Below, one piece after another: positions 39,262-56,271 of a DNA stretch of 64,000 nucleotides. The DNA is from Eledone cirrhosa. Lineage: Eukaryota. The stretch is taken from the NCBI GenBank assembly GCA_964016885.1, contig OZ024743.1, forward strand, positions 15,934,001 to 15,998,000, read 5' to 3'. Position numbers and translations under genes: made by a program. The notes beneath the pieces were generated by a model, which worked only from the letters and a program-made list of their open reading frames with translations, ran no database searches and was not told the DNA's origin. The stretch's first letter is position 1, and each line of letters begins with the position of its first letter.

Positions 39262-39645
39262 AAGGCACATGGCTTAGTGGTTAGAGCATTGGGCTGCAAT
39301 CGAAAGGTTGTGAGTTCAATTCTCAGACCGGGTGATGTGTTGTTTCCTTGAGCAAGACACTTTATTTCACATTGCTCAAGTTTACTCAGCTGTAGAAATG
39401 AGATGATAGGGACTGGGGTCAATATCATTCCACTGCAAAGTGGTCGTGGAGGTGCCACAGCAAAAAAGTACCCAGCCCACACTGTAAAGTGGACGTGGAG
39501 GTGCCTCGGAAAAAAAGCACCCAGCACTCACTGTAAATGAGGTTGGTGTTAGGAAGAGCATCCAGCTGTAGAAATCAAGCCAGAATCAGTTCCCGTCCCA
39601 CCCTTGCAAGCAGGGAAAAGTGGACGTAAAATGAAATGATGATGA

Positions 39646-39650
<5 letters not shown>
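39262..39650 (+). mobile_element. Full-length tRNA-derived CORE-type SINE with RTE-derived tail
   Basis: A box tggcttagtgg, B box gagttcaattc, CORE-like ccttgagcaagacacttt...gctgtagaaatgagatgata, tail cccgtcccacccttgcaagcagggaaaagtggacgtaaaatg...(gat)n. Confidence 0.85.
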
Positions 39651-39683
<33 letters not shown>

Positions 39684-40697
39684 TTGTTTTAGTCTCATAT
39701 TTTCACAACCATGTTAACTATTCATAAAAAGTGACACACACATTTCAGTCAGCAATTTACTTGTTGGTAAACATCTTCCTTGCAATGATTTCAACATATA
39801 TGTCTGTCAATGATCTTGCTCCTCTCACCAAGAGATTTTTCCATACATTCTATTCTAACCACAAGATTTTTTCATCATTATTAACATCTGGAATAATCTT
39901 AATGTTTTGTTGCATAATCATTGTATGATTCCATGAACCACCCTTTATAATTTAAATAATTCTGATATGAAATTCATTTATAGGACATGCCTGTCAGTAT
40001 AATCAATATACAGCATGTATGATCACTATTCTTTTTACATTTACATTAGTTCAATAGTCAGAGTCTTCATTTATTTTTGACATTTGTGGTTTATTTTGAC
40101 AGACAATCACAAAACTGTCATCCTCTTAATATTTCCTCTGTCGTGGAGAGATGAAGCTTTACATACAAAGAGAAATGCATAGATATGTAGACTAGTATAT
40201 ATGCATACCAAAATATGCATATACTGGGTACAGTCATTGAAATGTGGTTAAGAAGTCTGCTTTCAAAAGTTTGATTCCATGTTTGATTCCACTGAACTGA
40301 ACCTTTGGAAAAAGTCTACTCTCCTAGTCTTCTTGACTTGATTGATATCTTGTAAGTGAAATTTGGTAAATGGAGTCGTAGGAAATATATTTACTATGGC
40401 CTTGCTTGCTCACATTACTCATTCAATGAGACACGATTTGAATATATTACACAATATATGATACGTATTTGGGCTGCCTGCACCTGGCTGCCTGCACATG
40501 GTAAATATATGTGATCTGACTTAGAACAAGAGATCTGGTTTCTGCAAGTATAGACTGATCTGATACGTGCATCTGCATTTGTCTTTCACAGTGGTTGTAC
40601 TATGCTTAAGGTGAACATGCCATTTTCTATATTGATTCATGGGTGGGATGACCACTCCATAGTAAGAGAGGGCCTAATAGTCTATCTACCTTTTGTG

Positions 40698-40747
<50 letters not shown>

Positions 40748-41475
40748 TCCCATGTCCTCAAGTGGTCACATTATCAACATATACTGACCTTTAACCTCAG
40801 TCAAACTAAACAAAGATACCAATTTCTTTGTTTGAGCTAACAATGTCATGATTTACATTAATTGCTTTTGTTTAACGTTTTCTGGGCACACACTTATAAA
40901 TATAAAAGATTTTGACCCCAGTGAATACAGTCGGCTTCATTTCTCTGCAACATACAGACAGCTGGTTGTACCAACCTTCAGGGTTCATGATGTTGCCCAA
41001 CATACACACACTCACTAGCCAGCTATGTCTGATAGCAAAACAGGCTAACAAGATAAACTCAAGGGTAGTAAAATCACTACTGTGAGTATCTACATTCCCA
41101 CACACAATCAATACACTATATTTATGCAAGTACATTTTCCATTGTTCATTATTGGTGATCTGATTAAGCTAACATGGTATTTGAAATTGAGTGGCACTGC
41201 TTCTAGTGTTCAGCAATTTTTAGACAACTTAATCAGTGAAGCAATTGTTAGACTGTAAATAAATCCCTTTTTTGTACTGTTGACCATGTTATTCTTCACT
41301 TTTTCAATTTCATTACTGCAAGATAAACTTACATAGGAATACAAGTGAAATCATAAACTCACCACCTACGTAAACCTCTTGTTGAGTCAAACAACGCCAT
41401 ACGCTAACACTATCCATAATAAGAAGTATTCACAACCTCTAACTGGATTACCTATAACGATATTTTGTTATCCCT

Positions 41476-41521
<46 letters not shown>

Positions 41522-42627
41522 AACGAGTAAGACCCCGACGGCTGAGCTCAAGCCGTTTCGACGGCTAATTCTGGATATATATAAATATATATATATGTGT
41601 GTGATACAGAAGACCCAACTTCCCATGGGCACAGACTGAATCTGATGCATATATACAGTATGTCCAACTCCACTCTCCCACTGTAAATGGTGTTGGCATT
41701 AGGAAGGGCATCCAGCTATAGAAACCAGGCTAAAATCATTTCTGTATGAGCAAGACAGGGTTACAATAACAAAGTCTTTTCATGCTTTTTGGAATAAGAA
41801 AAGGAATATTTTAACATAGAAGACATAGGCCCATCATTAGAAAAGAGGCAAATTTGAGGGGAGAAATGGGTTTATCAAAATAGGTGAGGTGGGCAACCAA
41901 GTACTGTAGTGTGGATGGTGGGGCTGTGACATAGAATTTGTGTCTATCATAGGTACTGTTATGTTTGTAAAGGTGGTTTATTTTCTATGAGTGTGTGAGG
42001 TATTTATTTTTTCCCTTGTGCATGTGTGTGTGTGGTACAATCTATATGTGTATTTTTTTTGTGTATAGTTAATGTGATTGTATCTGTACATGTGTATCTA
42101 TTTTTTTTGTGCATTTATACATTACATGTGTGTATATATAGCGATGTATTTGTGTATGAGTGTGTGTGAGTGAGGTTGAATAATAAAACAGGCAAAAAGG
42201 TTTTATAATGTGTAAGGTGGGCAGCAAGGAGTCTGGCATGCAGGGGTGGGGGCTGAGTAAGAGAGGCAAGCTCTATCATTGATAGAGTTATGTGCTTGGA
42301 GATAGAGTGCTTTTCATAAGTGTACTTGTTATTGATTTTTTTTTTCTTTGAGTGTGTGTATAGTTTGTTCTATGTGTGTGGTTTTTCTTGTGTATTATAA
42401 AGGAGAGTGCATATGTGTGTGTTGACATATGCATCTGTTTTTTTGTGTGTTTATGTGTGAATGTGTGCATGTTTGAGTGAATTAATGAGGTTATTTGTGT
42501 GAATATATGTATGTGACTGCCTGTATCTGTGTGTGTGTATATATACCAAATCATATATATATATATACGTTTTATCTGCACTACTGCCACTAAAACTTCA
42601 ATTTATTCATATTATATATATATATTT

Positions 42628-43040
42628 ATCGATGGAAACCGCAGAGTGGGAGACCCAAGAAGACCTGGGATGAGGTGATAAAACCCGACCTTACCCAATT
42701 ACACCTCTCAAAGGTGATGACACATGACCGTGACCTCTGGCATCACACAGTAATACAGAAGTCCCGAACCCCCATGGGTACAAGCCGAAGCTGAAGCATA
42801 TAGACACCCTCCCACTGCAAAGTGGTCGTGGAGGTGCCGCGGCAAAAAAGCACCCAGCACTCACTGTAAATGAGGTTGGTGTTAGGAAGGGCATCCAGCT
42901 GTAGAAATTAAGCCAAAATCAGTTCCTGTATGAGCAAGGCATGGTCAGCCAACCGGACACTGCCCACAACAGGACAACCCGTCTAACCCATGCTAGCATG
43001 GAAGAATGGACGTAAAATGGTGATAATGATGATGATGATG
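42628..43040 (+). mobile_element. RTE LINE 3' end with long UTR
   Basis: Begins with ORF C-terminus ...[32 protein letters not shown], then UTR and (GAT)n. Short piece also at 39180-39250. Confidence 0.8.
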
Positions 43041-45097
43041 TTATATATAATATGAATAAATATATATTGTGAATATATATAAATATAGTTATATATATTT
43101 ATTTATTCATTTATACAGTAATGATACCAGTCTCAACCTGGCTGATATATCAATCCTGTCAGATATCAAATCCTCATTATGCCAGATACCATCCACCTGC
43201 ATCTTGGTCCCCATGACCCAGTGCTTATTTCGCTCATGAGGAGGTGTCTGCTCCACCAACTAGCAACATATACAATGCACCCCCACACCCATCTATGCTA
43301 CCCCTAGTCTAACATGCACCCTTGTAATGAGGTAGTGACGGTGCCATGATAAAAAAACAGCCAGTATGCATTGTAATGCAGTAGTGTTAGAGCCACAGCT
43401 TAAAGTATACAGTCAACCTTGTAAGGTAATTGTGCTGATGCCATGACTAAAATACACTAAGTTCATTCTGTAGGGTGGAAACACTGGTGCCATAAGGAAA
43501 GGCATCCATTCCAATCTGTAAAGTGGAAGTAATGCTACCACAAAAATCCCATTCCATGTTATAATATGGTTGGTATCATGAATGGCATATCACTAAAGAA
43601 AACTATCGAAATTAGATGTTAAAAAGTGATGATGATGATATATATACATATATTGTAATTGAACAATATTAGATTCCTTAACAGATTATAGCTTTGATGG
43701 TTGTTAGAAGATGTGTGCTGTTTCTTTAAACAAGACAAAATTTCAACTTTCCTTATCGATCAAACAGAAAAAGTTCAGAAATGCAAAGAATAAAGTAGGG
43801 TTAGCTAGAATGATACGGAAGATCACATGGCTTGATAATAGGCATAAGAATGGCGCCAGTTTTGAAATGAGAGTTTGGTAATTAAAATGAAACTATTTCC
43901 AATTTTCTGTCGTTATTTAACCCCAATGTTTTTCTGATTGACCAAGAAATGTAATTTCAGCTATTCTTTTCAGGCTTTCAGGCTAAACTGCTTTTCTTTT
44001 CAGGTAGTTTGTCTGCAGAACTAAATTATGAAAGTGCATGTGATCTTTAAGATATTAGGTTGTGGTTTGAGGTAGATGTGACTGCTATTACAAGCAGATC
44101 ATGAGACCAAGTAGAGAGTCTCTTTTTTATGGTGCATATATTGGTTATATAATGTTACAATTGCTTAACTTTGTAGCTGCTAAATAACTGCTCATGTCTA
44201 AATGCTTTAATCACAAGAAAGGCTCAGTTGTCTATTAAGATTCCCAATGCCATTAAACTGTCAAGTGACTCAGTTCATTAAATATTTATACTTTGAGATA
44301 CAATGAACATAACTCTTTTCTATTCAAAATAATGCTTTTTCTTGGAATAAGTGTTTTACTATGAATATAAAAGGAAACAATTACTCAAGTTCCAAAGTAG
44401 TTTTATACATTTCATAGTTGTTGTTGCTTGGCAAAGCCAAGATTAAAGGCATTCCAATGATGTTTTCTCTCACTGTGTCAAATGCTTGTAGCAAGTTTAA
44501 ATCAACTGAAATGATTCATTGAGATAGGGATGTGCATTTAGTTAAAAGCTAGAGTTTGTATTGTTTATTTAATGTATATTTCTTGTTATAGAGATGCTCC
44601 TAAGCCATGATGCAAGATGTGTTGTTTGTGATGTATATGAGCAGGTGGGAATATTTTTGTTTGAAGTAAAATGCTTTTGTTGGCTTTCAAATATTATCTG
44701 ATTTACACAGTAGTGTTACATGTCACCCTGGCAATTTACATTAATACACACACACTCTCTCTCAGGTTTTCTGACTTCTTTCTAGCTACATTTATCTGCC
44801 AATATATTGTAGTCAAACTAATATTCTATGATAATCATGTATATCCTTTTAACTAAAATTGTTTGTTTGTTCAATATTTTATTTAAATTGATATTCTCAT
44901 TAGAATATTATAAAGATATACTGTTCTGTGACTGAGATCTTACCATTTCGGCAGCAAGCGAAGCGGGTAAGTTGCTGTCAAAACAGTAATAGCTCAGCCA
45001 TAGTGCAGAAAACCATTATAATACCTACACTCTTACTTATCTTGACTAGTAATTCCCCACCTATTCTAATTAGAATAGTGAATAGATATTATTTGCA

Positions 45098-45300
45098 TGG
45101 TGGATTGGCAGTATTGGTAGAGTGTTGGACAATATGCTTTGTGGCATAAAGTTACATCCCTTTACGTTCTGAGTTCAAATCATGCCAAGGTTAGCTTTGC
45201 CTTTCATTCTTTTAGGTCAACAAATAAAGCATTAGTAATGCACTGGGTCAATTTAATTGACTTTCTCCTCTTCTTCAAATTGCAGGCCTTGTAGAAACAT
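45098..45300 (+). mobile_element. Second SINE family (tRNA-related head), diverged
   Basis: tggcagtattggtag A-box-like, ctgagttcaaatc B box, ctttgcctttcatt body. Other copies 63573-63735 (+) and 52240-52348 (-). Confidence 0.65.
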
Positions 45301-45869
45301 TTATTTGCATATATTTTTACATTATCATAATGCACTATTCCCCTAGTTTTAGTTATTATAGCATGAACTTGATAAGGCACTACTTTAGGGGGAGTTTAGG
45401 TGCTAGTGGTGGTGGCGAAACTGATGAAACACTTGTTTTAACAAAATATTTTAATAAAATTGTAATTTTTCAGCATATTACCTTCATCTACAGACATGAA
45501 TATGTTTTTGATATTTATATCTACACCATATTTTGATTGGTTTGATCTCCAATCAACATCAACTACAATTGCCTGATAGATTAATATATTTTCCTTAAAA
45601 TAAAGGTTCCAAGTTTGAATTCAGTCTGGTACTATTCTAAATATTCAGCAATATGACACCTAATGATGAACAGGTATTAAGCTAGTCAAAGTGGGGACTA
45701 AGATATAAATATAAATCTTTAAATAAGTCAATAGCCAAAACCATTGTAATGTATTAGGAACAACCCATCTAAGACAGGCAATGTTTTGTGTTTTAACTAG
45801 ACCTCTATATATGCTGGTGGGTAAAATCCTATAAAACACTTAAAACTAACCTTTATTTATCTTGTTTAT

Positions 45870-46273
45870 TTTAGTATCCATATACAGACAGTATGATGCC
45901 TGTGTGTGAATTGTAATGCTAATTGGCAGTGAAACATAGGCCTTGGCTGCAAATATCAAGTATGCTTTAATGAATGTATATGTGTGTTTGAGCAGCATAG
46001 CATAAGCAAACTGAGGGAAAAACTTGGTATTAAAGGAATTGGATGTGGTGTACAAAGAGAAAACTGCACTAGTATGGACATATGATGTGCATGGAAGATA
46101 ATAGCTGCATAACGAAATGCAGTGAAACCCTAGTGACTGGGACTCAAGAAAGAGGTAGATCTATGAAGACATGGGATGAGGTTGTGCAGACCGACTTTAA
46201 AGTACTAAAGCTCACAACTGAAATGACTAAGAATCATGAGGTCTGGCACTATGCTGTGCTGAAGAAGACCTGA
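45870..46273 (+). pseudogene. RTE C-terminal fragment
   Basis: MMCMEDNSCITKC...RGRSMKTWDEVVQTDFKVLKLT. Confidence 0.75.
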
Positions 46274-46666
46274 CCTGCAAAATAAATGGGGTCTGGCGTA
46301 TCCCCCACTTCCACTAGCACACACTAACAGTTAATTTCAGCATCACTACACTTCCCTCACTACACACACACCCATGCCACTGCCCCCTTAAACCCCCTCT
46401 AAACTGCTCACTCTCATACTCAAATAGCCTGATGAAACCCACTCATGACAACCTCTATTATGCTCTCAGTAGAATATGAGACCATACATAAGTGCGATGC
46501 AGTCCCCTCGGTCTGTCTTGGAGATCAATAGACCTGCTTAACTACTGACTTGGTCTATGTAGAATCATGCAACCATTGCTAGCAGGGAAGCAGTCATTAA
46601 AGTAATGATGATGATTCATGAAGGAAGTGTTTTGACCATTGTTTGAGAAATTTCTTTCCCTATTCA

Positions 46667-46880
46667 ATCATCATCATTATCATCATTTCACGTCCGCTTT
46701 TCCATGCTTGCAAGGGTGGGACTGGTCCTATTCAGCACAGCATCTCTCCACTTGTTACGGTCCTTCGTCATCTCCTCTGTGAGTTTCAGCGATCTGAGGT
46801 CTGCTCTCACCACATCCGCCCATGTTTTTCGTGGTCTTCCTCTACTGCATCTTCCTTCTACTGGGATTTCTTGGCACTTC
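46667..46880 (-). mobile_element. 5'-truncated RTE 3' end
   Basis: KCQEIPVEGRCSRGRPRKTWADVVRADL...MEKRT* plus (GAT)n tail. Confidence 0.85.
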
Positions 46881-48135
46881 AATGTAATATGGTATTCTGT
46901 TGAAATGTACATTTCAAGAAACCCAGTACTTTTGAAATAAAATGCATACTTAATCTCATTATAGTTTCTGTTTTCTTAAGTATCAAGTTTAACTACAAAA
47001 GTTCAAAAGCATCTACAACTACAGTGGCTATTGAAAACTATATACTATCTCAATAGTAGAAAAAAAAGATACCTTTGCTTACAATTTGATAAATCATAGA
47101 GTAAACTGAGAATGGTATCAGATGTAATATATTACATTGTAACTTGTGTCTTAAAACAATGAAAACCAAAATATGTTATTATTAAGATATATTGTGTCAA
47201 TATAAATGCAAACAGCAACTAAAATGCAGTTAGATGAGTTTTGATTGAACATAAATATCATACTTAATAATGTTACCTGGCATCAACACAATTATATACA
47301 ACAATGTCAGTTCAAATAAAAAAAAAATATATATTATCGCTTTTTTAGATACAGTATAAGTAACAATTTATAAAACTGTCTCTAGTGTTAATATCAAAGT
47401 GAAATGGTATCCACATCACAGATATACAGGCTTTGAATCGAACATCTGATTAGTGTTTATAATAGTAGTATCACTACAACCTGCTTGCATAATGCCTAAA
47501 ATTTCTATTTTGAGTTTCTTTCACAATTTCTTCATTAGATTCTTTTGAAAAGTGAGCAGTCAATTTCACAGCTAATCTGATTAAAGGACATTCTTCTTCC
47601 CCTAGGGAACATTTACTAATATAATAGATGTATGTTCTACACTAGACCTGATTCCAGGCACAAGAGATACAGATATTGTAGATTTCCCTTCTGCCAGCAG
47701 CTTCTTAACAATAATTATTACCATCATTTCCTCTTTAATATCGTATATATATTCTCTTTTATATAATATTCATTCTTGAGCCATATCTAATTTGTCTCAA
47801 AGAATACTTTGGTGGTCTTTCCAGCTAATTTTATATCCCACTCATCAAAACTAATTTCCTTTTATGATATCGAGATGTTTCTATGAACTTCTTCCACTAG
47901 TCCAACCTACCTACTAACCTAACTACATATCATATTCACGAAGTTTTCAAATGGCATTTACAATAACTACATACTTTCTTCTAATAAAACTTTTAAACTA
48001 CTTATACATATTTATTTTTCTTTTATACTCACACACACACAGACACACACATGCACATATGTATATACATATAAATGAAGTAAATTCTAACCTGTTGACT
48101 TGTACTTCATTATTATATATATTATATATATTTCA

Positions 48136-48198
48136 TTATATTATATTATATTATATTATATTATATTATATTATATTATATTATATTATATTATATTA
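48136..48198. repeat. (TTATA)n microsatellite
   Basis: Direct pentamer repeat. Confidence 0.9.
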
Positions 48199-49319
48199 GA
48201 GATGCATGTGTACATCTATTTATCTGCCTCCCTCATCTTCAAAACTCTCAATCATTATCAAATTATTTTATTTACCAATTATTTCTTTTTGCTTTTTTAT
48301 GCAAACTTGATGTCTAAATTTAATGCATGTTGTATTTGAGGCAACACATTGCATTTCCAGTTTTTTTTTTTCTTGTTCAGTTATCATTTCATCTTTGATA
48401 CAAAAAGAATGATTAATGTTGGCATAGAAAGAAAGACTTAATGATATTTACATTTTTCTCTTCCTTTTGGTCAAACTGGTATAATTTTCTTATTATTCAT
48501 ACATTTTTATCTCATATAAACAAATAAATAAATTAAATTAAGGCAGTTGCCTATCTTCTGTTTATACATTGGCTAGGTTTTGGTCGAAATCGAATGAATT
48601 TCCTAATGATATTTACCATCATGTTTTGTATAGATAAAACAAAAATAAACAAATATCACTTAATCACACACACGTAAATAAGAGATATGTATGTATTTGT
48701 GTCCATACAGTATTAAACTATGAGCAAAAGAGTTAGCGGTTCACAACCTAAACATAGTGTTATAAGGAATATGACAAAATCATTGATCATCTGGTCTGGT
48801 TTGATTAATTTAACTGTTAATTAGCTACCAGAGTTGAGATTACATCAATGATATAAATAGTAAAAACTCTTTAAAGATTAATGACTAGACTGCATGATTG
48901 TAGTAATGAATTTGATATTCCATGTGAATACATCAATTAGAGAAATGGATTCCATTGAGTTGACCTACTGAAAATACTGTAATCCTATGGGCCAATTTAT
49001 TATGGGACTCACCAACATCTAATAAACAGATCAAGCATAAAGAATAAATTATTTAATTACTATACTAGTTTTAGATATATCAACCATGTTGAAACAACAG
49101 CTTCAAAGATTCTTTGTTGATTATATCGAATCCATTATTTTATCTTGAACATATTTTATGAACCTCAGAGCAGGATGAAATATTCATGTAAAATTGGAGG
49201 AAACAAAATGGATAAAAATACATTCAAACTAGATTTCACAAATTTATATATATATGCACTTCTTTTGCTAAGTTTTATATATATATATATTAATGACTAT
49301 ATATATATTAATGAAGCCA

Positions 49320-49625
49320 TGCGAAGGAAATGGGTTTCGAAATCGTCGTCCTGGCTACAGAGTCGACAAAGATGGAGGAATTGGAAATAGGCTATGGAGT
49401 GTTTGGTGTGGGTTGGATGGGAGGAGGAGAAGTCGAGATAAGATTGAGAGTCTGTTGGTTTAATGTAGATGGAAGTAGAGAGGGTGTGGTGAGAGTGATT
49501 AATATATAGAGAGATATCTAGAAAAGCGACAGAAGAATCAGAGGCGGGGAAATTGAGAGCAGGATGGAAAGATTGCGCAAAAGAAAGAAAACAGTCAAGT
49601 GGTTCTCGTGATGAGTGGCGAACTC
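49320..49625 (-). pseudogene. PLE RT palm/thumb fragment, distinct family
   Basis: FLSFAQSFHPALNF..SDSSVAFLDISL...TSIYIKPTDSQSYLDFSSSHPTHTKHSIAYFQFLHLCRLCS. Confidence 0.8.
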
Positions 49626-49854
49626 ACCTACATATAGAATGCTATCATTTACTTTTCATAATGAATAAATAACATTTTCAAAAAATACATAAGTGGAAAC
49701 AAAACAGTGCAATCAAATCTTTGTGGAAAAATATCTTACCTTCTCCAATAACAAATATTATGTATTTTGCGAAGTCCAGAGACTTTCAATAATGACTTTG
49801 GTCTTTCACACTTACTCAATATATATATATAGATGTGTGTGTATATATATATAT

Positions 49855-50808
49855 ATGGGTGACAAAATCAGCAGTGGGGGAGGGTGCTCTGAAAGTACAG
49901 TAGCTAGAGTCAGAACTGGGTGGAAAAAGTTCAGAGAGCTTATACCACTATTAGCTGCTAAAGGGTTCTCCCTAAAAATGAAAGGCAGGTTGTACGATAC
50001 CTGCATACCAACAGCAATGTTGCATGGCAGTGAAACCTGGGCATTGTGTGCAGAAGATATACGCAGACTAGAGAGAAACGAAGCTTGCATGCTCCGCTGG
50101 ATGTGTAATAGTAATATACGTGAACGACAAAGCAAAAACGAACTAAGGAAAAAATTAGAAATAAGAGGGATCAGATGTTGTCTACTCGAGAGAAGGCTAC
50201 GTTGGTATGGTCACGTAATGCGCATGAAGGACGATAGCTGTATAACAAAGTGCAGGGCAATAAAGATAGACGGTAGCCACGGAATAGGCAGACGCAGAAA
50301 AACCTGGGATGAGCTGATAAACTCTGACCTCACACACTTACACCTCACCAAGACAATGTCACTGGACCGAGACCTTTGGCGGTACTCAGTAATAGAGAAG
50401 ACCCGCCTTACCTAAATACATAGTAAAACCTACTACAGCCAGTAGGCATCTCTAACAAAATACACCCACGTCCCACCACCCACACCCCATCCACACCACC
50501 CCCTCCTATGTAAAGTTATGTTGGTGCCACAACATCCAGGCCGAAACAAATGAGATCGTGTAGGTGTCACGATAAAAATACACACAGTCCACGCTGTAAT
50601 GTGGCCGTGTAGGCAACATGGTAAAAACCTCCCAGTCCCACACTGTAAATGTGGTTGGTGTTAGGAAGGGCATCCAACTGTAGAAAACCTGCCAGACAGT
50701 CCTATGCGAGCAAGACAATCACTCTTGCCTCAAGTGGGAATACCCCCGTCCAAACCCATGCAAGCGTGGAACACGGACGTTAAACGTTGATGATGATGAT
50801 GATGATGA
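49855..50808 (+). mobile_element. 5'-truncated RTE LINE (family B) with ~390 bp 3' UTR
   Basis: GDKISSGGGCSESTVARVRTGWKKFREL...HGSETW...LRWYGHVMR...KTWDE; stop at 50415; (GAT)n tail. Confidence 0.9.
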
Positions 50809-51534
50809 TATACACCACCTTCACTACTAATTGATTTGACAGATGTCTTTAACCCATTGATACCAAATATTATTTGGTCAGTAGTGTGTGCGTATGTATA
50901 TATATGTATATATATATATATATATATGCTTGTGCGTCTGTATCTATATATGTATGTTTGCATGCATGAATGAATACACTAAGCTTTAGATTTAGTAGAA
51001 TGTACAACCACTGATTCCAGTTATTTGCAATATCATATATTTTGGTTTCTAATAATTCCCTGGGGAATTGGTTGACCAAATGCTTTGTTCAATTATTTTA
51101 TTTATTTTTGAAAAAAAATGATTCAGGTATTTTTTGAAAGGAAAGCATTGGCCCATAAAATAGTACAATGGGCTCTGCAATGCTACTCTGAGCTCTTGCA
51201 ATGCTATGGTGGGGCTGCTGGGAGCCACTTGCCATTGGGCAACCTGGCAACTTGGCCAGTCCGTCACAGTACATATAGATGGGTATACTGAAGAAATATT
51301 TTTACCTAGGTTTTTTCACGCATTTTTAACTAACTATTTGCACCTTCTTTTCCAGAAATGGAAAAGTGGAGTGAGGAGCGTAGCCTCGGATTTTCCAAGC
51401 CTTGAATATTTCTTCAGTTCAATAACAGAGGCAGGATGGGAGGGGGAAACTCAGAGTTACAGACAACACCTCTTAGCTGTTTAAATTTATAAAAAAAGCA
51501 ATCCCTTGATACTGTAGGATGCTTTGATCCTTCA

Positions 51535-51682
51535 GCTTTTTGTACTGTTGTGGAAATCATTGAAAGCTTCATTAATTAAGTGTTGTTCAACTTCCAAATC
51601 CACCATTCCAATGATGAGTGGTTGTGTGAAAGAGCAATTCTTGCCTCCAAAAATATCACAGTGAATGCCATCAACATAATAT
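51535..51682 (+). pseudogene. Helitron Pif1-like helicase fragment
   Basis: 51610 onward reads NDEWLCERAILASKNITVNAIN, resembling the W..ERAILAP.N..V..IN motif of Helitron helicases. Confidence 0.65.
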
Positions 51683-53182
51683 CTCACAAATGATCCCTAG
51701 ATGTAACCAGATCTCTAAATCTATGGAAAAGAGGGACACATGAAGAATTCCCACTTGTGAGCTGTCTACTGAGAGTCATTATTGCCTTTCCAGTTGCTTT
51801 AAAAGCTAGAACTATGCTTTCTAGGGTACCAATAGTCTATAAAGACTATAGGGGGTTTGATGTATTACTAAGATTATATATTTAGAACAAAGTTAAGGCT
51901 AATGATTACATAGGTGGTAAGGTAAATGAATATTAATATTTATATTATCAATGTTGTCATGTTAGAGAAAATGTTGTATTTGGATTAATGCAGGATTGCT
52001 GGCACTAATATCCCGAATCAACAATATGGCCAAAAAGAATACTTTAGGTGAGCATTTTAAAGAGTAAGTTGAGTTAGAGTATGTCTCACACAAATATTAT
52101 CATTAGTTGAAGCATTTGATCAACAGAAATTATTTTAACAACTAGTTGATCAACTTCCCCCCAGAGATAGCTAAACTTTTAAAACAAAAAGCAAGGGAGA
52201 TACTTTCAATAAGACCAATTGTAAAATGTTTGTTAATGGTTTGTGATTTAGGTTCAAGGCCAACACTTTTGGAGCAAAGAGTTGATTAGATCGACCACAG
52301 TGCACTACTGGTACTGTATTTTATCGACCCCATAAGGGTGAAAGGAACACGTTTTGATAATATATACAACACAGATTAGAATAGATCTTGTCTTGAAAGC
52401 CAAGTGGTGATAGCAACAGACATGTTTTAGTCATACTAGACAGAAAAGCATATTCTACTCAGTTGGTAAGATTAACAGGGATCAATATATATAGAATTAG
52501 AGAGATGATATAGTGATGCTAATTATGAATATCAATATTATAGCTGAGGGAAAATAGAGTTGCCTGTCACATATGTATTGTAGTAAGATGAAACATTTGC
52601 TTAACTGAGATTTTGTAGGTAATTAGTAGTCAGAAGCTTGCCCTGGGGTTGTTTAAAGTCAAGAAACAAAAAATAGAGATAACTCTAGTATGATAAGTTG
52701 ATTGAATTGTCATCCAGTAATTTCTCTTCAAGCTTTACTTGGATTCTAGAGTATAAAACAGTTTCTTTTTCTATCAGCATATAAAAACATGCCAAGTGAA
52801 TGGTTGTAATTATTCGTCAATTTCTAGTAAATAGTAACATCATACTTAACGAAAGTACATTTTAAGAAACTACATTACAAGGAGATTGGCATTAAATAGA
52901 ATTCTCCATATCAACATATGAATTAAAATGTGATAAATATGTTTTATATGAATCCAAATGTAAATATGTATCTGAAAGGGAGTTTGAGTGAAGGTTGTCA
53001 TTCCTGTAGTTGTTTAGTACTGTATCATTCTTGATCAAGCTGACCTATGATCAAACGTATACCAGCTGTGAATGTCATGCAATCTTTAGAAACTGTAAGA
53101 TTACATCAATTAATATGCCTTTCGTTTTCCTATTTAAGATGTTCATATGTGATTTGAAGGAGTCTGTTATATATATATATGT

Positions 53183-53370
53183 TATCATCATCATCACCAC
53201 CATTGTCGTTTAATGTCCATTTTCCATGGTAGCATGGGTTAGACAGGTCAGAGTCTTCCCCATATAGAACTGTTTCTAGCTAGGTTTCTATGGCTGGATG
53301 CCCTTCCTAATGACAACCAGTTTGTGTTGGGTGTTTTTGCCATGACACCTACATGATCACTTTAGAGTGT
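53183..53370 (-). mobile_element. SINE/RTE-UTR tail fragment
   Basis: tttctatggctggatgcccttcctaatgacaacc block plus (CAT)n. Confidence 0.6.
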
Positions 53371-53384
53371 GAGCTTTGTGCTTA

Positions 53385-56076
<2,692 letters not shown>

Positions 56077-56233
56077 TATATATATATATATATATATTAA
56101 TAAGGTAATGAATTCTTTTACAATGTATAATAATTAGTTAAATAATTAGTATACTTCAATCTGGCTAAATTTTTCTTTTGCAATATATATACAGATGTGT
56201 TGGTATCTGTGTTTCATCACATACATATTAATT

Positions 56234-56266
<33 letters not shown>

Positions 56267-56271
56267 ATATA

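Noticed and set aside
39262-39335. tRNA gene
   Set aside because: A and B boxes are present but there is no complete cloverleaf, and it continues into a SINE body.
44939-44980. Possible micro-exon (AG...GTAAG on both strands)
   Set aside because: The signals come from a short hairpin (cttacc/ggtaag); there is no supporting neighbouring exon, and it is more likely a repeat end.
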